Of a stretch of 64,000 nucleotides of DNA, positions 25,130 through 36,991 are shown in pieces. The DNA comes from Antechinus flavipes (taxonomy: Eukaryota): contig NC_067401.1 in assembly GCF_016432865.1 (NCBI RefSeq), forward strand, positions 474,486,001 through 474,550,000, written 5' to 3'. Numbering within the stretch: the first letter of the stretch is position 1; each line of letters begins with the position of its first letter. The position numbers were made by a program, and so were the translations under genes. The notes beneath the pieces were generated by a model. That model worked only from the letters and a program-made list of their open reading frames with translations, had not been told where the DNA came from and did no database searches.

Positions 25130-25414
25130 AGTGGGTTTACAGACACCGAGGCGTGGGCTCCCTAAATTGTAGCCTCCTCGTCAGGCGGAATGGAGTCCCC
25201 TTTTGATCTGCCCGCTTTTGTGCCCTCCTGACCCCTTTTTGCTCACGTGAGAGGCACGTGACTATCTTGTCCGCTCCCCCTCCTGCTACCATAGCAACCG
25301 GGTCTTGGCCAGTTTCCTGTCTTTCTTCCGCCCGTCCTCCTGAGTTGTGCGCTGATTGGCTGGGGGTATAGGACGGAAGTGTAAGTCCGCCCCGGAAGTG
25401 GTTCTCGGATAATC
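25130..25414 (+). promoter_or_regulatory. KTI12: KTI12 internal CpG-island promoter
   Basis: CACGTG at 25244 and 25255, X-box-like GCTACCATAGCAAC 25285-25298, reverse CCAAT (gattggc) ~25354, ETS CGGAAGT at 25374 and 25393. Confidence 0.85.
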
Positions 25415-26476
25415 ATGCCGCTGGTGGTGCTGTGTGGGCTGCCGGATAGCGGCCGGAGTCAGCGAGCCGACGAGCTCCGGAGGGCGTTAGAGGCTGAGGG
25501 TCGGCCCGTGACTGTCGTGCGCGATGCCGACGTGCTTGGGCCCGGCGGGCCGGAGGCTCTGTGCGGGGCCTACTCGGACCCGGCCCGCGAGAAGGCACTG
25601 CGCGCGGCTCTCAAAGCCTTGGTGGAGCGCGACCTGGGCCGCCGGGCTGTGGTCCTCCTCGACTCGCCCAATTACATCAAAGGCTTCCGCTACGAGCTCT
25701 ACTGCCTGGCCCGGGCGGCGCGCACCCCGCTCTGCCTGCTGTACTGCCTGAAGCCCCGGCCGCGGGCGCCGGGCGACGGGGAAGACTGCCTGCCGAAGGC
25801 CGGGGCTGTAGCCAGCAGCTGGAGACCGAAGGCCGCGACCTCGGAGCCGGAGCAGGGTCTGCCAGCGGGAGACGCCCCTGAGGATCACGACCCTCAGTGG
25901 AGAGGTTTGGAGGAAGATCCCGAATCAAGACTAGAGGGAGCCCCGAGTTCAAGGGAACAAAACATTGGGAGTCCGGGGGACGAAGCGGCAGGGGAGCTAG
26001 AGCCAGAGCCGGACCTCGGCTTCCCCCCGGAGCTCCTGGACGCCCTGGCCCAGCGCTTCGAGGCCCCGGATTCCCGCAATCGCTGGGACCGGCCCCTGTT
26101 CACGGTGTTGGGGCTCGAGGAGCCTCTGCCCCTGGCCCAGATCCGGGCGGCCCTCTTCGAGAGCCAGGTGCTCGCCCCGCATCAGGCCACGCAGTCCCAG
26201 CCGCTGGCTTCCACCAACTTCCTGCACCAGCTGGATCAGGTCACCAGCCAGGTCCTGACAGCACTGATGGAGGCCCAGAAGAGCGCCGTCCCCGGGGACC
26301 TGCTGTCGCTGCCCGGGACCACGGAGCGGCTGCGCTTCAGCCGCCCGCTGTCCATGGCCGAGCTGAGCCGGCTCCGGCGCCAGTTCATCTCCTACACCAA
26401 GCTGCACCCCAGCCAGGAGAACCTGCCGCAGCTGGCCAACATGTTCCTGCAGTACCTGGGCCAGAGCTTGCACTGA
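25415..26476 (+). CDS. KTI12: KTI12 homolog, Elongator-associated PSTK-like P-loop protein, intronless, 353 aa, nested in TXNDC12 intron 2
   Basis: MPLVVLCGLP start, LDSPNYIKGFRYELYCLARAARTPLCL, FEAPDSRNRWDRPLF and ELSRLRRQFISYTK...NMFLQYLGQSLH motifs; same nesting as recalled for human. Confidence 0.98.
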   Translation: MPLVVLCGLPDSGRSQRADELRRALEAEGRPVTVVRDADVLGPGGPEALCGAYSDPAREKALRAALKALVERDLGRRAVVLLDSPNYIKGFRYELYCLARAARTPLCLLYCLKPRPRAPGDGEDCLPKAGAVASSWRPKAATSEPEQGLPAGDAPEDHDPQWRGLEEDPESRLEGAPSSREQNIGSPGDEAAGELEPEPDLGFPPELLDALAQRFEAPDSRNRWDRPLFTVLGLEEPLPLAQIRAALFESQVLAPHQATQSQPLASTNFLHQLDQVTSQVLTALMEAQKSAVPGDLLSLPGTTERLRFSRPLSMAELSRLRRQFISYTKLHPSQENLPQLANMFLQYLGQSLH

Positions 26477-26694
26477 GGCTCCCCCCACCTCTGTCCTCAC
26501 TCCAGGTGCGGGCCAGTTTGGCTCTGGGACAAGTTCTGGGATGCATGTTCTTTCAGAGGGAGCACTTGTCTTTTTGGAAGTGGTGAGATTTGTGGACCCT
26601 GAACTCCCCTTCTCAGGCTGGAGGCAGAAGGAAAACCCAAAACCAACAAGAACCTGTGAAACAACAGAATTGTGTTTTCCAGTCTATGTGCTGC

Positions 26695-26700
26695 AATAAA
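26695..26700 (+). terminator. KTI12: KTI12 polyadenylation signal AATAAA
   Basis: 218 nt after the stop, followed by a G/U- and U-rich tract. Confidence 0.8.
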
Positions 26701-27049
26701 GGGTTTTTGCTTTTTTTTTTTTTTTAATTGGAGTCATTCTTTGCTAGTAAAACTCAAAGAGAGCTAGAGGCCTTTGAACTAAAAAAAAGAAAAGTTTCTC
26801 AGACATAAGAACCTAGGCAATATTCACTGTATTCTGTGCTTGAGGGTTTGGTTTCTAGCAAGTAATTAGTCTTGACATCTGTATCCACTGGGGCCTTAAG
26901 AAAGATAAACTGGAATTTTTTCAGACCCGAGTGGGTGGCCTAGTGGAAAGGACACTGAAGTAGGAGACATCAGTCCTGTGGCAGTCACTCAGAGCCTTGT
27001 GGTCTTGAGCTGGTCACTTGCCTTTTCTGGACCTTAATGTACCCAAAGA

Positions 27050-27212
27050 TGGGTTTTACTTGTAACTTGGATGGGGAAAAACAAATTATTTTGATATTTG
27101 AGTCCCCTTGTAATTTTACTATTTTATGCATTTTAAAATATTCTGAGGAGGTTTCATAGGCTTCAACAAACAGCCTCAGGAATCCAGGGCAAAACAGGTT
27201 AGGAATCCCTGG
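27050..27212. mobile_element. Ancient hAT/Charlie (MER5-like) remnant
   Basis: tattctgaggaggtttcataggcttca...aggttaggaatccctg resembles the MER5-type end. Confidence 0.45.
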
Positions 27213-29253
27213 ATTAAAGGATCACTGAGAGTTCCTTCCATCTGATTTTCATTTCTGATAGTATTCTGGCTTCTGTGTTTTAACATTAAAATCCTAAAAG
27301 TTGATGCCAGCTTGATTAAATGCCAGAACCAAAAAGTGCCAAGCACATCCTTGTGTTACCTCTCTCCTACTGATGAGGAAATTGAAGACCAAAGATAGGA
27401 TTGATTTTCCTATTGTCTTGGCGGTGACCTTGTGGCAGAACCAGTCCAGACACAGCCAGGTCTTCTGACCCCGGGGATCCAGTGGAAGCCCCAGGAAGCT
27501 TCTGAGGGGGAGAAGTTGAGACCGAGGGTTTGTAGCTCTACTTGGAATTAGAAGTGACCTCTGCAGTCAGTCAGGTGATGAGCATTTATTAAGTGCTTTC
27601 TATATGCTCAGCACTGGGAAACAATCCCAATTGTTAAGGAGCTTTTAGGGGAAACCACATGCAGTTTGCACCTGTTAAAGTACTGGTTCTGCTGTTGGAC
27701 CCTGAAGACCACCAGGCTATTCCATTTGACACATAGCTCAACCCTAGCAAGGGTGGGAGCTCTCTGAGTAGAAAGACTGGCTTTTTTCTGTTTCCAGCAC
27801 TTAGCATAAGGCTGATACATATATAGTAAATTAAACAAACAAACAAAAAAAACCCTTTTCCTTCATCCTCTCATAAGGCCTGATAAGTGGACCTCCATCC
27901 TTGGCTGACTACCTCCAAATAAAGGGAAAAGTCCACCTCACAGCTGTACTGATTAGGACTTTATATTGGAACTGAAATCAGTTCTACTTCTAATTCTTCT
28001 CTTGGGGGCCAGTCAGAGCAAGTCACAGAAAGGGAAATTGACTTGTTTCATTTGTCTTAAAGTGGCAAAATTAAGGCTGGATCAGACTTTATCTGAGTTT
28101 CCAAATAGTTTAAGTAGCCTAGGTAGTGGGGTAAGAAATAGTATGATTTCCTCTTCAAGATGCTTTTCTGAGGCAGAAGGTGTCTGGAGGCAGGTAGATG
28201 GTTCAGTGGTTTGCGCTCTAGACCTGGGGTCAGGAAGATCTTGAGTTCAAATCCAGGCTGATGTGCACTAGTTGTAAGATCCTTCATATGTCATTAAGCT
28301 TTGCCTTAGTTTTTTCATCTCTAAAATATAGATTGTAGCAGCATCTAATTCCTAGGGTTTTTGTGAAGAATAAATGAGGTTATTTGTAAAGTGCCTGGCA
28401 TACATTAGGTAAACTATATTTACATAGTAATCAAATTATTTTTAAAAAATTAATGGATCTTACGTTAAGAATCCCTGCTTTTTAAAAAATAAATATAAAG
28501 TTCAGTTTTATATAGTCCTCTTTTTTTGTTCTTTATGTATCAGGAAGTTTACATTTATTGATTGTTAAATTTGTAATTAAAAAAAGAAAATTGTTCTTTA
28601 AAAGAATTGTTTCCCTAGACTAGACTTCATGGAACATGATGGATGGAGGGAATGGGTCATTTTGGGAGAAACAAACCTTGAAGTTTGTGGGGTTTTGAGA
28701 TGAGATCAGCTGTACACTATTAGTGATCTTGAGTGTACCAGTCTTTTGGTTCACATGTCAACATTCCCTCTGACAACAATCTTTATCAGGAGTTGCTTTA
28801 GCCAAAAAAAATTCCTAATGACTAATATTCTGGTGGTGAGAGGTTAGTTAGGCTGGTCTTCGGGACAGAAATAGAGTTTGTCCACTTTGGCAGGACCTTT
28901 TCTTGAGTCTGTATTCCTCCTGGTGTGGTCTTTTCAAGCCCAGCATTATCTAGATGTGAGTGAAAAGATGTCTCTGGAAAATTTGTTTAAAATGTGTTGA
29001 TGCTTTAGAAAAAATACTCATCGTTTCCCAATTCTAATAGAATCCTCTTGCACAGTCAGGAAGTCCAGTTATGTCAAACAAATGGACACTTTGGCTCCCT
29101 CCCCTTGTCCTTCACCTTGAGTGTGAGGAGGGAGCTTTGTCCTGTCCTCATTTCCAAGAGGAAATTTCCAAGATGGCAGCAATGGGAGAGCAGTGGGTGG
29201 GATCCACCATCTCCCCTGAACTTTCTGACTGACGGCTTGTTTTGTTTCCTAAG

Positions 29254-29306
29254 TGGGCTGCCCCTGATGGTCATCATCCACAAGTCCTGGTGTGGAGCCT
29301 GCAAAG
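29254..29306 (+). CDS. TXNDC12: TXNDC12 exon 3, (S)GLPLMVIIHKSWCGACK(A), CxxC active site
   Basis: WCGAC motif; AG / GTACGT; 53 nt. Confidence 0.98.
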
Positions 29307-31078
29307 GTACGTAGATCCCCGGGGTTCCAGCGGCCCTGCAGGAGGCTGCCTCCCTTCGTTTAAAAGCTGGCCAGCTCCTTAAAAGGAGCCAGACACAGTG
29401 ATCTCCATCTCCTCTTCTTGACTCATCCTTTCCTTCCCTCATGCTTCCGATCATGCTGTATTCCCTTCACCCTCACCCCCAGATCTTCCTGTTCAAGTCC
29501 TTTCCTTCCAACTTGGCCCAGGTCAGGTGAGCCTTTTGGATGAAGCCTTTCTGACTCCTTCCCCTTCAGATTTCTCCTCTGTACTGATCACATTCTGCCT
29601 CATATTCTTTTTTTTTTTTTAAGCTGTTATTCTCAAAATTTAAGCAAAGAGCTTTCAACATTTACCCTTGTAAAGCCTTGTGTTCCACATTTTTCTCCCT
29701 CCATCCCCTCCTCTACATTATCCAATATATGTGCAATTCTTCTATACATATTTCCACATTTATCATGCTGCACAAAAAAATCAGATCAAAAAGGAAAAGA
29801 AAATGAAAAAGAAACCAAAAAGCAAGCAAACAACAAGAACAAAGGTGAAAATTCTTGCTGTGATCCACACTTGATCTCCCTGGTCCTCTTCTTTCTGAAT
29901 GCAGGCAGCTCTTTCCATCCCAAGTCTGTTGGAATTCTGCCTCATAGTCCAAGTTTTGTCCATGTATGATGTATGATGTCTTGTGCCCCTGGCTAGACTG
30001 TAATGAGGCCAGGGCCTGTCCCTTCTTCCACCTTTGCGTACCTTTGTACTTGTACCCAGTAAGTGTTTAATAAATGCTTTCATGGACTAGAGGCTGCCCA
30101 GTAGTGCCCCTTGTGGATGTGTGGCCGTGCTCCAATAGACTCAGTTTGCCCAGATCAGGGTAGGTGCAGAGGGCAACAAGGTTTCATGGCAGGAAGGGCT
30201 GGGGAGGCAGAGAGGTGGGAGGGGACCTTCAGAAAGAGCCCGGGGAGAGCGTCAGGAATGAGCAGCGTCCTTTAGCTCCACGGAGTCCCGGGGGATGTAC
30301 CGAGGCTCAGAGAGTCACCCATGTAGTTCCATGTGGCCAAAGGGGAGCTTGAGTCTAGAACCTCTGGCCAGTCACAGCCACTGTGGCCTCCCCACTTAGG
30401 ATCCCAGATTTAGAACTGGCAGGGAGCTTTCAGGCATCGAGTCCAATCCTCTCATTTGCTGATGAGGAAACAGACCTAGCTCACACATGTAGGGAATGTC
30501 TGAAGCAGGATCCAAACTCGGGGCTCTTCACTGAATCCCTTCATTGCTCAAAGGAAAGGACACATTATTTTGGGAAATGATGTAGCACGAAGACTGGCAT
30601 CCTGGCTCGTCTCCTTACTCTGGGAATTGGGCTGTAATCTCTAAAGACCTTTTGGTTCTAGAGGGAGGGGCTTCATGTTGAGAACCAGCATAGGTCCAGT
30701 CAGGATCAAGCTGGGCTGGAATTCGTCCTCGGCACTTTTCCCTTGGGTGATGTTGGGTAAGCCCCTCTCCCTTCTCTGAACTTCAGTCTTCTCATCGGTA
30801 AAATGGGGTGGTCATCATCATCATCATCAGAGCTAGCTCTTCTATAGTGTTTTAAGGTTTACAAAGACCTAACAAATATTTTGTATTTACATAATAATTG
30901 CTCAGGTTTGTTTGTTGCAAGGAGAGTGCCTTTGTAACTCCCAAAGCTATTAGAATTGGGTGAAATTAGAATTAAGAAACCCTCTCGTGTCAGGCACGGG
31001 GTTTAGATTAGGTGAAGATAGATCTTCTTTCCAATCATTTTGTCCTTTTTTTTTCTTTTTCCTTTTTTTAAAAATCAG

Positions 31079-31152
31079 CTTTAAAGCCCTTGTTTGCGGA
31101 GTCCAAGGAGATCTCAGAACTTGCCCACAATTTTATTATGGTCAATCTTGAG
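31079..31152 (+). CDS. TXNDC12: TXNDC12 exon 4, (A)[24 protein letters not shown]
   Basis: Matches ERp18; CAG / GTAAGG; 74 nt. Confidence 0.97.
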
Positions 31153-32199
31153 GTAAGGTTGGAAGAGGTTCCATGTCTGTTGGGAGTAAAGGGGCTAAGG
31201 CAGAGCTTAGCATGTCTGTATTGATAGAGTTCCCCCCTTGAGTTGCTCTAAATCAAAGAGTATCAGAGTTGGTGCTGGGTATATTGCCTGTACACAGTAA
31301 GTGCCTTATAAATCCTTTTTCATTCATTGGAAGAGCTCTCGAAAGCCAGTTTGTGGCCCAGCTTGGGTGCCCAGGGATGGATATTTGTCATAGTCCCATG
31401 TGGGACTCACTCATCCCCTCAGGAAAAATGTTAACTGCATATAACTTGTTTTTAGAACTATAGGTGGGTTCTAACTATTGTCATTTTTTAATTGATATTT
31501 TTTCCCATCACCCACATTGCCCATTATAGCACTTTCCCTTCTCCCTCCCAGAAACCCATACTTTATAATGAACTATAAGAAAGAGAGAGGAGAGTTTTTT
31601 TTAATTGACCAAGATATCTAGAGTCTGACGGAATACAATGTTTATTTATCTTGTTTTCCTTATCTTTAAATAATACCTTTTCCTTTTCCAAATCCGTGCA
31701 AAGATAGTTTTCAACATCCACCCTTACAAATCCTTGTGTTCCAAATTTTTTCCTCCTTCCCTTCCCCCATCCCTTCCTCTAGACAGCAAGTAATCCAATA
31801 TATGTTAAACATAATGCAGTTTTTCTATACGTATTTACACAGTCATCCTTCATGATCTTGTTTTAACAAAAATCTATTTTTTCTCCCTCCTCTCTCCATT
31901 GAAAGAAAAAAAGGAAAGAAAAAATTTTAACAAGTGTGCATAATCAAAAAAAATTTTCTCTCAGTGGCCATGTCCAAAAACTATATTTCCATTCATGAGT
32001 CCTCTGAGTCCCCCTTCCCCTCTCTGTCAGGAGGTGGGCAGCATGCTATATATTAGTTAGTAATTTATCTATTAACCCCAATTAGGCAATTGGGGAAGTG
32101 TTAAGTGTCTGAGGTCACATTTGAACTCGGGTCCTTGTGACTTCAAGGCTGGTGCTCTATCCACTGCTCCACCTAGCTGCCCCCATTTTCCTCTTTATT

Positions 32200-33570
32200 T
32201 GATCTCATTGGAGCTTGGTATCTCTGGGTCAAAGGGGAAGCATGATTTAGTACTTTTTGGGACATGGTTTCCGTTGTTTTCCAGTATGATTGCCTTTACG
32301 TGTAGCCGCTGTCCACAGAGCTCTGGGTGTTACCTTCCTTCTTCACGAGTTAATGTTTTACTCACAGTCTTTCTCTCCTTGGCTCTTGCCCTCATATTAG
32401 GCAATTTCACCGTACAGATCACTGCTCCCTCCAGTGTGCTCCTCCACTTCGCCTCTGTTCCCAGAGACGGTCTTACCTTAGGTCTCACCATTCCCCACTC
32501 CATGTTCAGTTTCCATGTGTGTGAACTCTGAAATTGATTGAACTCATCCCAACCTATTGACTTTCCACCTCTTCCTGTGTCTTGCCAACTCCAACCCTGT
32601 TCTTCATCCTTGCTCCAATCTCTTGTCCCCTCATCTATTTCTCTCCCACATCATCACCACTGTAGTCTCCATATTTTCTCTCCATCTTGACCCCACCCCC
32701 AACCATTTCAACTCTACCTGTCCTCTTCTCTTGAGTTTCTTTCCTCATTTTTCTCCCGTATTCTTTTTTATTCTATCATTGTTTTGTTTTTTTTAAACTG
32801 GGACAGTTAACTCTTTCGTTTCATGTAGTTTTCATTTGTGATTCTTTGAGGAAAATCAAGTTTTGTCAAAGCCCAACATGGTATAAGTAGAGCTATCCGA
32901 CCATGCCTCCGAACCCAAATCACTCTGACTCACTGATTGGCCAATAGTAGGTTGCAGCCCAGTCCTCACTTGTTGTTTGATGGCTCAGAGTGAGTCTAAA
33001 TAGCAATTATTTCTGTTCTGGCCAGAAACTCTGAGGCTCTTCCTCTCAGATTGATTCGTTTGTGAAGGCAAACTCAGCCATTCTTTATCTCTGATCTAAC
33101 AAAAAATTAGCTGTAATCAATGAATGGCTGTAGCCTTGGTCCATCTGAGACCGTTGAAGATCTGAGCGTAAAAGGCCAAGGTCTCCCACTGCATCTGGGC
33201 CCATCTCTAATCCCGATCTGGGTCTTGTCACTCGACCCACGTGGTACCTGACAAGAAAGTGAGACAGGTGACTTTGCACAGCCTTCCCTCCCTCCAATCC
33301 AATTCGCTTGCTTGATGTCACATTACCTCCCTGATGTCTTGGCCCTCTTAGAACATGAAGGATGATCAACAAAGCTTCCCTCTATAAGAAGCCTTTCCCA
33401 ACTGCCCTTGATCCTGGTTCTTTCCCTTTGTTCATATTTATTGTTATATTGTCTGTATCTTGTTTGTACACAGTAGTTTGCTTGTTCTTCCCCTTAGTAC
33501 ACTGTGAACTGCTGGAAGGCTGGGGACATTTTTGCCTAGTACGCAGTGTCTGGCACCTAGTAGGTGCTTA
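32200..33570 (+). mobile_element. L2 remnants interrupted by a marsupial-specific interspersed repeat (~32790-33080)
   Basis: Pyrimidine-rich L2-like body ending in cctagtaggtgctta; inner tract taaatagcaattatttctgttctggccagaaactctgagg recalled as a common marsupial repeat. Confidence 0.55.
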
Positions 33571-34379
33571 AAAATGTCTTTTTGATGACCAACAGCAGTC
33601 CCCCCAAGTGATCACTGTGGCTTCTCATCACTCTCCTGGGGTCAAAACTCTGTCATTCAGCTCTCTGGGCTGCTCTTCCCATTCGCACATTGTTCTCTTG
33701 GTTCTACCCTTTTCCTTTTGTATCAGTTCATAAAAGTCTTCCCCTGCTTCTCCCACATCTTTTTCATGGTTTCTTACAGCATTCCTCCCATATAGCCATC
33801 CAAACTTTGTTCACTCCTTCCCCAGTTTCACTTTGCTTCCCCTAAAAGTGCTGCTATAATAACTGGGGTGTATATAGCAGTTCATGCTTTTTCAGATCAA
33901 CTCAGCCAAAATTTATGAGGCATCGCCTGGGTGCTTGTAATAGGAAGGACAAAAATGAACTTATTCTGCCTTCAACATATTTTTGTTCTGCTGAGCACTA
34001 GAGGCAGCTGTCGTGGGAATAGTACCGGTTTTGTTTTCAGGAGTCTTAGATTCAAATCCTGGTGCTGTTATTATCTATATGACCTTTAAACTTTTGGGCC
34101 TCCCAAGGTGGGGATAGAGGCAGCGATTTGAGCCCAGGTTTTCTGGGTGCCATACTGATCCATACTTGAGCAAGGGGAACTGTTGTCAGGTAGTTCAGAG
34201 ACCTCAAAGGCATACAATAAGGGGCCCGGGTCAGGTGCTCTGAGGGGCAAACTAAGAGCTCACTGGGGTCAAGGACAAGAGCGTTCCTGAAGACGGCATG
34301 GAGAAAGACGCCTGTAGACTTGTCCTTGGGGGTGAGTGGGTTTCAGGGAGGAGAATGATCCTGCCTTGGTTGTCCACAG

Positions 34380-34449
34380 GATGAAGAAGAACCCAAGGAT
34401 GAAGCCTTTAGCCCTGATGGCGGTTATATTCCCAGAATCCTTTTCCTGG
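34380..34449 (+). CDS. TXNDC12: TXNDC12 exon 5, [23 protein letters not shown](D)
   Basis: GGYIPRILF motif; cacag / GTAAGT; 70 nt. Confidence 0.98.
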
Positions 34450-35809
34450 GTAAGTTCAGGCTTTGTGTTCTGCATGTTGGATAAATGTATGCTGGAAGGA
34501 AAAGGGAAGAGAAAGGAAGAAGCGTTCACGAAGCACCTACTGTGATCCAGACACTGTGCTAATTGCTGTGTGCACTTATCTCATTTGATCCTCACAAGAA
34601 CCCTGGGAAGCTGAGGTAGACAAAGGTTAAGTTATGTCTTCAGGGTAACACAATTAAGTATCTGAGGCTGGATTTGAATTCAAGTCTTCCTGACTCCAGC
34701 CCAGTACTCATTGTAATCAATTTGTCCCAGATTGGGCACAGTGCCTGGCACAGGGAGGTGTTACTGACTGGTAACACATTGGCTGGCCACGTGACCTTGG
34801 ACAAGCCATGTTCCTTCTATTTACACATCTATAAAGTAGGGGTAATTAGCCTCTTCTGCCCACTTATCAAACAGCTGTTAAGAAAGGGCTTCACAACCTC
34901 GGAGAGGAACAGAACTGAGCATGATCTTCACTGTGCCACCATTTGCTAACTGAAGAACCTGCAGTTTGAGTTTCTGTGATTCGGGGGTCTATGCTGCTAC
35001 CAGGTGGGCAATGGTCTGGCACTGTGGGGGTCTACATAGCAGCTAAGAGCAGGGAGCACTATGTGATCTTGGGTAAGTCATTTCACCCACCTGCCTCAGT
35101 TTCCTCGATTGTAAAATTGGGATAACAATAGCAACTACACCCCAGGTTTCCTGTGAGGATCAAATGAAATTCTGGGACAATTTGATGGTAATGGGACATC
35201 TGGGTTGGTTCTGGAAGTGATGGGAGTGTTTTTGTTGGGGGGGGGGGGTAGACCTGAGTTTTAGGAAAATCACGTTAGTGCCCCCATGAAGGGACACTGG
35301 AATGGAGAGACTCGGGTGGGCTGTGGTACTGGCGCTCTGTGAACCTTAGGAGGGTGAACGGCATTCCCACCTTGCTGTTGGTGTGCCTTGTGCCCTCTGC
35401 CAGACTGAGGGTTCGCTGGGGCCAGGCCAGCGTGCTGAGCAGAATCCTTGTGAACTGTTGGGCAGGAATAGAATGAGCTCTGTCAGCCCAGCATAGCCTC
35501 AAGAAGGCTTCAAGACTTACCACTGACCCATTAGTGGCTGCTGGTCTCAGTCGGGGAACGGAGGCCTTATGCCCGATTTTATTGGAGGACAAATGGGGCT
35601 AGAATCAGCAGGTCTGGGGTTGGAATCCTGATGGTCAATCTCAGTTTCCTCATCTGTAAAATGGGGATGATTTGATGCCTAACTCTGTAACAGTTTTGCA
35701 AGAATCAGATGAGATCCATGTAGAGTGCTTTGGGAATCTTGAGGCACTCTTAGGAAGACTTGAGTTATTGTTGTGACATATTTGAACACTTTTCTCCCCT
35801 GTATCTTAG

Positions 35810-35893
35810 ATCCCAGCGGTCAGGTGCGCCCCGACATCATCAACGAGAAAGGAAATCCCAGCTACAAGTACTTCTACATCAGCGCTGATCAGG
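35810..35893 (+). CDS. TXNDC12: TXNDC12 exon 6, (D)[27 protein letters not shown](V)
   Basis: GNPSYKYFY motif; cttag / GTGCGT; 84 nt. Confidence 0.98.
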
Positions 35894-36911
35894 GTGCGTG
35901 GGGGCAGGGTGGACTGGAGGGGGGAGCTACAGCTCCCCAGCTTGGCTAGGAAGTAGCAGATTCAGGATCTGTACGAGAAAGTCAGATGAAGAAGTCTTTT
36001 ATAAAGAACCTACTGTGTGCTACCTGGGCCCACGTGTGGTACAGGAAGGAAAGTACAGGGAGGTGTAAACTCTGCGTGCTTTTATGATCCAAATCTGAAA
36101 CTAGTTAATCTCTGCCATGACCAGAACAGAGAGTCAAAAAGGCCTTCACTGGAAGCCTTTAAGGCAGACTGTCACTAGGACTTCCAAGAGCTGGCAGCAA
36201 AAGCACAGGCCCTTGTGTTTGTCAGGTACATTTAAGGGAAAGCCTTGTGGTATAATTGGAGACCCCTAAGGGGGTGTGCAGCAGGAGATAGGCGAAGAGA
36301 GAAGGGTAGTGTGAGGGCAGCCCTTGGTCCTGGATTCTTTTCCCAGAAGGCTCCTTCGCTCCCTTGTTTTCTGTGTTTCCAAACACTTTTTCTTGTTTAT
36401 TGCAAACTTGAACATTAACTCCACACCCATCATCCCCTAGCATTGTCCCAACTCCTTGCTTTTGTGCTGGCTGCCCCCCATGGCTGGAGCTCTCCCGCCT
36501 CCCTGACCAGGACTCCTCTCATATCCCGCCTCCTATGAAAGGCGTCCCAGTCCTTCCTTCCCCAGAGACCACCTCCCAGCCACTGCCTGCATTCTGTGCA
36601 GACCTGGTCATGTGCATGCTGTCCCTCCGTGGGAACGTGAAACCCCTGAAGTTGAGAGCCACTTTTGCCTTTCTTTGTGCCTGGCAGGGAGCCTGGCATT
36701 GTGCCCAGTCAGCGGGCATAGGGACAGGTGCCACAAATACCGGCATTTGATACAAAGAGCAGGTAGGGGAAGAAATCCAAGATCCGGGTTCCTCCTGGGT
36801 CCAGCATCAATGCCAAGTGGCACGGCTGCCCTGTCACCCCTCCTGGCTTTTTTTTCTTCCCCTTTGGGTGACGTCTCCTTGTTTTTCCCTGGGTTTTTTT
36901 TTTTTTTCCAG

Positions 36912-36991
36912 TGGTTGAAGGGATGAAGGAAGCCCAGGAAAAGCTGACGGGCGACGCCTTCCGAAAAAGCCACCTGCAAGATGAGCTGTGA
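36912..36991 (+). CDS. TXNDC12: TXNDC12 exon 7 coding part, (V)VEGMKEAQEKLTGDAFRKSHLQDEL*
   Basis: ttttccag acceptor; KDEL-like QDEL then TGA; seven exons sum to 513 nt = 170 aa + stop. Confidence 0.98.

Noticed and set aside
25897-26586. 229-aa alternative-frame ORF overlapping KTI12, and antisense ORFs 25487-25888 and 25997-26500
   Set aside because: By-products of the high third-position GC of KTI12; non-ATG or weak starts and no recognisable homology.
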